24,301 nt of DNA from a virus. Both the position numbers and the translations under genes were made by a program. The notes beneath the pieces were generated by a model. It ran no database searches, was not told where the DNA came from, and worked only from the letters and a program-made list of their open reading frames with translations. Location: UHGV virus genome UHGV-1420800; one strand, 5' to 3'. Position 1 is the first letter of the stretch; each line of letters begins with the position of its first letter. Shown here piece after piece: positions 18,263-24,301 of this stretch.

Positions 18263-18717
18263 TGATTCAGTTCAAACCAACGCGAAACATCGACCTGATC
18301 GAAGCAGTCGGAAATCACCCTGACATTATTGCCGGAAGCAACAATGGTGATGGATACGATTACAAGCCTGAATGCCGTTACTTTGAGGTTAACGTGCACG
18401 GTCAGTTTGGCGGCATTGTTTACTATCAGGAGATTCAGCCGCTGACATTCGATTGCCACGCCATGTACCTGTCAGAGATTCGCGGCTTCAGCAAGGAAAT
18501 CGGGCTGGCGTTCTGGCGATACATTCTGACTAACACCACCGTTCAGTGCGTCACATCGTTCGCTGCGCGCAAATTCCGCCACGGTCAGATGTACTGCGCA
18601 ATGATTGGCCTTAAGCGTGTAGGAACCATCAAGAAATACTTCAAAGGCGTGGATGACGTGACGTTTTACAGCGCCACACGCGAAGAACTAATCGACTTCC
18701 TGAATCACGGGAGATAG
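18262..18717 (+). CDS. 14: P22 gp14-like head-assembly / ejection-protein assembly factor
   Basis: It occupies the position between gp26 and gp7 and has a TAATG junction. The sequence resembles gp14 as I remember it. Confidence 0.75.
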   Translation: MIQFKPTRNIDLIEAVGNHPDIIAGSNNGDGYDYKPECRYFEVNVHGQFGGIVYYQEIQPLTFDCHAMYLSEIRGFSKEIGLAFWRYILTNTTVQCVTSFAARKFRHGQMYCAMIGLKRVGTIKKYFKGVDDVTFYSATREELIDFLNHGR

Positions 18718-18719
18718 CT

Positions 18720-19412
18720 ATGTTATATGCATTTAAGCTGGGCAGAAAACTGCGCGGCGAGGAACCTTATTGCCCTGAAAAAGGCGGGAAAGGTGGCAGC
18801 TCTGATAAAAGCGCAAAGTATGCAGCAGAAGCTCAGAAGTATGCCGCAGACCTGCAAAATCAGCAGTGGCAGACGATCATGAAAAACCTTGCTCCGTTCA
18901 CGCCGCTTGCGGAGCAGTATGTTAACCAGCTTCAGAATCTTTCCAGTTTAGAAGGTCAGGGGCAGGCACTTAATCAGTATTACAACTCTCAGCAGTATAA
19001 AGACCTTGCAGGTCAGGCGCGTTACCAGAGTCTTGCTGCTGCGGAGGCGACGGGTGGACTTGGTTCGACAGCCACAAGCAATCAACTGGCTACGATCGCG
19101 CCGACACTCGGTCAGTCTTGGTTATCAAATCAGATGAGCAATTACAACAATCTGGCAAACGTTGGGCTTGGTGCGCTGCAAGGTCAGGCAAACGCCGGGC
19201 AGACGTACGCCAACAACATGAGCAGCATTGCACAGCAAAGCGCAGCACTTGCCGCTGCTAATGCCAATAAACCATCAAGTCTTCAGACTGCAATTAGCGG
19301 CGGCACGTCTGGTGCGATTGCCGGTGCAGGTCTTGCCAGCCTTTTGGGAACATCAACGCCTTGGGGCGCTGGCATTGGTGCTGGTATCGGATTGCTTGGC
19401 TCGTTGTTTTAA
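18720..19412 (+). CDS. 7: Ejection (internal virion) protein gp7
   Basis: 230 aa, MLYAFKLGRKLRGEEP...KGGKGGSSDKSAKYAAEAQKYAADLQNQQ, with a Gly/Ala-rich hydrophobic C-terminus (GAGLASLLG...GAGIGLLGSLF), matching P22 gp7 as I remember it. Confidence 0.88.
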   Translation: MLYAFKLGRKLRGEEPYCPEKGGKGGSSDKSAKYAAEAQKYAADLQNQQWQTIMKNLAPFTPLAEQYVNQLQNLSSLEGQGQALNQYYNSQQYKDLAGQARYQSLAAAEATGGLGSTATSNQLATIAPTLGQSWLSNQMSNYNNLANVGLGALQGQANAGQTYANNMSSIAQQSAALAAANANKPSSLQTAISGGTSGAIAGAGLASLLGTSTPWGAGIGAGIGLLGSLF

Positions 19413-19421
19413 GGGGTAATC

Positions 19422-20753
19422 ATGGCTACTTGGCAAGGATCAAATGGCGGATTGTTAGCTGGTATCGGCGGCGTCAACTCAAACGCTCCGAGCGTAAATG
19501 ACATCGGCAATACGCTTCAGCTTATCAGGCAGAACAATGATATTGAGCGTTCAGGCGCTAACAATGTTGGGCTTACTGCTTTGCAAGGCCTTTCAGGCAT
19601 TGCAGGGGTGTTTCAGCAGGAAAAGCAGGCTCAGCGGCAGAAAGAATTTCAGCAGGCGTACGCTAATGCTTATGCGTCTGGTGATCGCGGTGCTTTGCGT
19701 CAGTTGGCTACTCAATATCCAGACCAGATTGAATCCGTCCGTAAAGGCATGGGGTTCATTGATGAAGACCAGCGTAATTCTATCGGCACCTTAGCGGCTG
19801 GCGCACGCCTTGCGTCATCGTCTCCAGAAGCAATGCAATCATGGCTGCAAAACAACGCCGGTGAGTTAGCTCGTGTTGGCGTTAATCCTCAGGACGTCGC
19901 TCAGATGTACCAACAGAACCCGCGGCAGTTCGGCGAATTTGTCGATCACCTGGGGATGAACAGTCTCGGACCCGAAAAATACTTTGACCTACAGGATAAA
20001 ATGCAGGGTCGCCAGGTTACCATGCGCGGTCAGGATCTGGATTCGCAAACCGCCGCTCGGAATCAGGCAATCACAATGCGCGGGCAAGATATCCAGGCGA
20101 ATTTAGGTCAGCAGCGCATTAATCTGGACGCAGAAACAAACCGCATTAACAACGAAAATAAGCGCCTTGACCGGATGCTATCAGCAGAAACTAACGACCT
20201 GAAGCGCCAGGAAATACAGAGCCGCATAGCAGCCAACAACCAGCAGTTGCAGCAGAAGCAGCAAGCGCTAAATGATGGCTACAAAGACGGCATCAACACC
20301 CTCACAACCAGCATGTTCACTCTGAACGATATCGTTAGTTCTCCTTCACTTAAGAGCATTACAGGCTTACGTGGAGTAATCCCCAACGTTCCAGGCTCAC
20401 AGGCTGCAGACACTCAGGCACGACTTGATACCTTTAAATCCCAAGCATACCTGACAGCGGTTCAGGCCATGCGAGGCATGGGCGCACTTTCTGATGCCGA
20501 GGGCAAAAAGCTCGACCAGGCTGTTGGTTCGCTGCAGAACTCGCAGAGCGAGGAGTCCTTTCGTCGCAACGCTGGCGTCATCCTGAACACGCTCAACCAG
20601 AAGCGTAATGAGGCGGTTGGTAAGTACGTTCAGCAAAACGGTATCAAGCGAGTGGAAGCGCCTCAGGCTTCTATAGATTACCTGAAGCAACACCCCGAGC
20701 TGTCAATCGACTTCATTAATCGCTACGGATATCTTCCATCTTTGGGGCAGTAA
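19422..20753 (+). CDS. 20: Ejection (internal virion) protein gp20
   Basis: 443 aa in the position after gp7, with Gln-rich helical repeats. Assigned by synteny with P22 gene 20. Confidence 0.75.
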   Translation: MATWQGSNGGLLAGIGGVNSNAPSVNDIGNTLQLIRQNNDIERSGANNVGLTALQGLSGIAGVFQQEKQAQRQKEFQQAYANAYASGDRGALRQLATQYPDQIESVRKGMGFIDEDQRNSIGTLAAGARLASSSPEAMQSWLQNNAGELARVGVNPQDVAQMYQQNPRQFGEFVDHLGMNSLGPEKYFDLQDKMQGRQVTMRGQDLDSQTAARNQAITMRGQDIQANLGQQRINLDAETNRINNENKRLDRMLSAETNDLKRQEIQSRIAANNQQLQQKQQALNDGYKDGINTLTTSMFTLNDIVSSPSLKSITGLRGVIPNVPGSQAADTQARLDTFKSQAYLTAVQAMRGMGALSDAEGKKLDQAVGSLQNSQSEESFRRNAGVILNTLNQKRNEAVGKYVQQNGIKRVEAPQASIDYLKQHPELSIDFINRYGYLPSLGQ

Positions 20754-23147
20754 ATGGCTAATTACCGTGATTTGTTAGAGCAGGCTGGCGCACGTTACGG
20801 TGTGCCAGAAGGGTTGATGACTGCACTGGGTGCCAAGGAGTCTTCTTACAACCCTGCCGCAGTAAGCTCCGCCGGGGCTGTAGGATTGACTCAGGTCATG
20901 CCTGGGACATGGCGTGATATGGGTTATACCGATGAGCAAATGCAAAACCCCGAATATCAGGCTGACGCTGGCGCGCGCTATCTGGCAAAGATGTACCAGC
21001 AGTTTGGTAACTGGCGTGACGCTCTTCAGGCTTATCACGACGGTCCCGGCAACGTTATGAAGGCAAAGCGTGGTGAATATACGCCAGGGCCTGAAGGCCG
21101 CGGTTACGTTGATGATCGCTTTGCTCAATGGGCGGGTGACCCGGTGACAGACTCAACAGTAGAACAGCGCGCCACCTCTGCAAAGGTACATCCTCAGCAA
21201 GACCCTAACAACCCGTTTGCACAACTGGAAGCACAGTCATCCGAACAAGTATCGGCATCAGGCGTGCAGTCAGACCCAAATAATCCATTTGCTCAGATTG
21301 AGCAGCAGGCAGCCAGTCAGCAGCCACCTCAACCCGTAAGTTCTGTCGCACCGAAACCTGTTCAGCAGCAAGGCGGAATAATGTCTGACCTTGGTAATGG
21401 ACTTGCTGAAACCGGGCGCGGCTTACTACAGGCAGGAATCAACGTAGCGAACATACCTGCTGAACTCACTGATGCTGTAACAAGCGCGGCGGCTTGGGCT
21501 GGCGGTAAACTCGGCATTGGCGATGGTACATATCAACCAGCACCACGAGTAACAACGCAGGGATTAGAGCAGGACTTTGGCCTTCAGCAAGGCGCGCTGA
21601 CTCCACAAACGACAGAGGGAAGGGTATTTGCTGAAGCATTGCCTTACCTCACTCCTGCTGGCGTTGAGAGAGCGGCAGCACAGGCACCAACACTTGCTGG
21701 TCGAATTGCTCAGGGGGCAACTCGCCTTCTCGCAGAAAACGCAGTTGGATCACTTGCTGCAAACAGTGCGAAAGATGATGCGGAAGCACTCGCCACCGAT
21801 TTAGGCGTTGGTGTGCTGGCTGGCGGTGCTATTAACGCTGCCGGACGTGGATTAGGTGCTGCTTATCGTGGTGTTCGTGGTTCGATAGCACCAGAAGCGC
21901 AACAGGCTATCAGATTTGCAGAACGTGAAGGAGTTCCTCTGCACACCACAGACCTGTTACAACCCATTTCCCGCGTCGGAAAAATGGCGCAGACGACAGC
22001 GGAAAATATCCCCCTGGCTGGCACAAGCGGAATGAGAGCAACGCAACAGGAAGCGAGAAGCCAGTTGGTGCAGAGATTTGCTGATAAATTCGGTGAGTAT
22101 GATCCAGCTGTTGTTATTGACAGCCTTAAAGCGAAAACATCAGGAATTCGTCGTGCTGCAGGGAACCGTCTTGAGCAGGTTCAGAATGCTATGGCGGGAA
22201 TAAACATTCAGCCTGCAAGAGCAATTCAGCAGATTGATACAGAAATATCTAACCTGCAGAAGCTTGGTAAGGTTGCTGATAACGAGACTATTTCAAAACT
22301 TCAGTCCTATCGTGATGAGCTTGTTCGCAATGCTGGTCCTGATGGTCCGGTAAATCTGGATTTGAAGCAATTAAGCGATCTGCGCAGCCAGTTCAGAATG
22401 GACGTGAAGGGGGAGCGACCAGTGTTACCAAACCGTTCCGATGCTGCCATTCAGCGCGTTTACAAGGCAATGACCGACGATATCAATGGTGCCATTGGTC
22501 AGAATCTTGGCAACGATACTCTCCGTAAATATCAGCAGGCCAATGCCGTCTACGCTGACGAAGCGGCGAAACTAAAGAATACCAGGCTGAAGAATGTTCT
22601 CATGAAAGGCGACCTGACGCCGGAAGTTGTCAACAACATGCTATTCAGCAAGAACAAATCGGAAATTAAGACGCTGTATAACTCAGTTGGTCGTGTTGGC
22701 AGGGCGCAAATGCGCAATGGCATCATTGGAAAGGCGATGGAGAAATCAGGTGGTTCCCCTGACCAGTTCCTTCGACAGCTTAACATCCTGCAAAACCAGA
22801 CTGGCATCACATTTAAAGGTCAGGAAGCCGCTTATCTGAAAGGATTGAAAAACTACCTGCAATCCACGCAGCAGGCTGCAAAAGCGGCAGTAACAACACC
22901 AACAGGGCAGCAAACCATCCCGTTCATTATCGGATATGGGACAGCAATGAACCCTGCGACAACTGGCGCAGCGGTAAGCTACGGACTTCTTACTCGCGCC
23001 TATGAGAGCGAGCCATTCAGAAATGCAATGCTCCGAATGGCAAACACCCCACGCGGATCAACAGCGTTCGAGAAAGCCATGCAGCAGGCACAAAAGGCCA
23101 TTAACGCCCTGACTCAGGGGGCTAAGTCTGATGCGCTGTCAGAATAG
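20754..23147 (+). CDS. Ejection protein in the gp16 position, carrying an N-terminal soluble lytic transglycosylase (SLT) domain
   Basis: 797 aa. The N-terminal ~125 aa carry SLT family motifs (KESSYNP with catalytic Glu29, GLTQVMPGTW, AYHDGPG). The remainder is Ala/Gly/Gln-rich like E-proteins. It is syntenic with P22 gene 16. Confidence 0.8.
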   Translation: MANYRDLLEQAGARYGVPEGLMTALGAKESSYNPAAVSSAGAVGLTQVMPGTWRDMGYTDEQMQNPEYQADAGARYLAKMYQQFGNWRDALQAYHDGPGNVMKAKRGEYTPGPEGRGYVDDRFAQWAGDPVTDSTVEQRATSAKVHPQQDPNNPFAQLEAQSSEQVSASGVQSDPNNPFAQIEQQAASQQPPQPVSSVAPKPVQQQGGIMSDLGNGLAETGRGLLQAGINVANIPAELTDAVTSAAAWAGGKLGIGDGTYQPAPRVTTQGLEQDFGLQQGALTPQTTEGRVFAEALPYLTPAGVERAAAQAPTLAGRIAQGATRLLAENAVGSLAANSAKDDAEALATDLGVGVLAGGAINAAGRGLGAAYRGVRGSIAPEAQQAIRFAEREGVPLHTTDLLQPISRVGKMAQTTAENIPLAGTSGMRATQQEARSQLVQRFADKFGEYDPAVVIDSLKAKTSGIRRAAGNRLEQVQNAMAGINIQPARAIQQIDTEISNLQKLGKVADNETISKLQSYRDELVRNAGPDGPVNLDLKQLSDLRSQFRMDVKGERPVLPNRSDAAIQRVYKAMTDDINGAIGQNLGNDTLRKYQQANAVYADEAAKLKNTRLKNVLMKGDLTPEVVNNMLFSKNKSEIKTLYNSVGRVGRAQMRNGIIGKAMEKSGGSPDQFLRQLNILQNQTGITFKGQEAAYLKGLKNYLQSTQQAAKAAVTTPTGQQTIPFIIGYGTAMNPATTGAAVSYGLLTRAYESEPFRNAMLRMANTPRGSTAFEKAMQQAQKAINALTQGAKSDALSE

Positions 23148-23236
23148 CTTCGCAAACACCATGAACGTGCAAAAACCAAATATGTAGAACGCAATATTCA
23201 GCATATCTCTGTGCATAAATCCTCCGTAACGGATGG

Positions 23237-23530
23237 TTATCTGCTGTCTTTTTTATATAGCTTCTTGAGCGTATCAAAGACAATTTTCTTAACCATATCA
23301 GATTGTTGTTCTGCCATACGCTCTGCATCGTCAATGTAAACTGATGCAGAGCTTTGTTTATCCAATGATTCCTCAATCGCTGCAATTATCTCTGAGTTCA
23401 GCGACCTGTTATTCATCTTCGCACGCTGCTTAATTTTCGAGTGGAGTTCATGCGGAAGTCTCAAGTGAAACTGCGCCTCGTCGTATTTGCTGTACATCCT
23501 TGATGCCTCACCAGTTGGGTGGAATGGCAT
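23237..23530 (-). CDS. mnt: Mnt-like ribbon-helix-helix repressor (Arc/MetJ superfamily)
   Basis: RHH strand and helices (QFHLRLPHELHSKIKQRAKMNNRSLNSEIIAAIEESL) and a C-terminal tetramerisation helix (DAERMAEQQSDMVKKIVFDTLKKLYKK) parallel P22 Mnt. The internal ATG at 23497 (GAGG 8 nt upstream) would give a P22-sized 86-aa product and may be the true start. Confidence 0.85.
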   Translation of the reverse strand: MPFHPTGEASRMYSKYDEAQFHLRLPHELHSKIKQRAKMNNRSLNSEIIAAIEESLDKQSSASVYIDDAERMAEQQSDMVKKIVFDTLKKLYKKDSR

Positions 23531-23618
23531 CGTAACCTACTGGATAAATACTCAATAGTACCATTTCGGTATGCAATCACATCATGGTTGCATCATATCA
23601 TTCGTCTGGAGCAATGAA

Positions 23619-24276
23619 ATGTCAGATATCACCGCAAATGTTGTGGTAAGCATGCCTTCGCAACTCTTCACTATGGCTCGTTCTTTTAAAGCCGTAGCCA
23701 ATGGCAAAATTTATATCGGTAAAATTGACACTGACCCGGTAAACCCTGAAAACCAGATTCAGGTTTATGTGGAGAACGAAGATGGTTCTCACGTTCCTGT
23801 TTCGCAACCAATCATCATTAACGCTGCTGGATATCCGGTATATAACGGACAGATTGCCAAGTTCGTAACTGTGCAAGGCCATTCTATGGCTGTTTATGAT
23901 GCGTACGGTGTGCAGCAGTTCTATTTTCCGAATGTGCTGAAGTACGACCCTGATCAATTTCGAAGTGAGCTGTCTGAAGAAGATGGTGCAACTAAAATTG
24001 GATACTTGGCCGGTACAGTAGCGGATAGTTTGTCATATTGGGCAACGCCAGAGCAATATGGAGCAATTGGAGATGGTGTAGCTGATGATACAGTGGCGGT
24101 GACTAATGCTATTATGACTGGAAGATGCCTCATGAAGAGAGGTTCCACATATCGTATGGTGATGAATGAGGAAAATGTCATCACTCCCCCAGCTGGTGCA
24201 TATATTGATTTTAACGGTGCTAGAATAACTCATGAGAAAACTGGGTACCTTGTTTTTCTTAACAAAAACCAAGACG
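23619..24276 (+). CDS. 9: Tailspike protein, 5' partial (P22 gp9-type head-binding domain followed by a different receptor-binding domain); truncated by the contig end
   Basis: From ATG 23619 (GGAG 7 nt upstream): [59 protein letters not shown]...YDPDQ, the conserved N-terminal domain. It is followed by ...[25 protein letters not shown], a pectate-lyase-superfamily-type start. It is open to the adapter and absent from the ORF track because it has no stop. Confidence 0.9.
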
Positions 24277-24301
24277 CTGTCTCTTATACACATCTCCGAG
24301 C
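24277..24301. other. Illumina Nextera adapter (reverse complement: CTGTCTCTTATACACATCT + CCGAGC...); non-biological
   Basis: Exact Tn5 mosaic-end reverse complement followed by the start of CCGAGCCCACGAGAC. Confidence 0.93.

Noticed and set aside
23148-23236. An expected bidirectional terminator between the convergent gp16-position gene and mnt.
   Set aside because: I found only a 4-bp stem (TCCG-TAA-CGGA) and no convincing hairpin with a T-tract on either strand, so I do not call a terminator here.
23122-23385. An 87-aa minus-strand ORF overlapping the mnt-like gene in another frame.
   Set aside because: The overlapping frame at 23237-23530 has clear Mnt homology, and this one has none.
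23622-24293. Three minus-strand ORFs (111, 76 and 86 aa) in the last 700 bp.
   Set aside because: They are antisense to the unmistakable tailspike reading frame, which the track omits because it lacks a stop. The last one starts inside adapter sequence (MCIRDS).

Overview
The window is a roughly 24.2 kb fragment of a temperate, P22-like (Lederbergvirus-type) enterobacterial podovirus, and it is capped at both ends by Illumina Nextera adapter sequence, so the contig ends are library artefacts. It runs from the 3' part of a replication-initiator gene to the middle of the tailspike gene. Every convincing gene is on the + strand except one Mnt-like repressor. The order is: DnaB-type helicase; a lambda-like nin region (NinB, D, X, F, G, H and the NinI phosphatase); a non-lambda Q antiterminator with a PR'-like promoter and a tR'-like terminator; a long ORF-free leader; a lambda-type lysis cassette (S, R, Rz with embedded Rz1); a block of small accessory genes; the P22-type packaging and virion module (gp3 with the P22 pac sequence, gp2, gp1, gp8, gp5, gp4, gp10, gp26, gp14, gp7, gp20 and a gp16-position protein); the Mnt-like gene; and the tailspike 5' part. 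I do not see a recognisable multi-gene defence system, CRISPR array, tRNA or transposon. The least explained parts are the hairpin-dense, ORF-free late leader (5537-5915), the weakly coding stretch after Rz (7315-7755), the small-gene cluster upstream of terS (7759-8844), the extra gene with a (GAGCCA)6 repeat between coat and gp4, the SD-driven mini-ORF that contains a terminator (1858-1950), and the Mnt-like repressor that has no arc or ant. All homology statements rest on my recollection of lambda and P22 sequences, not on searches.
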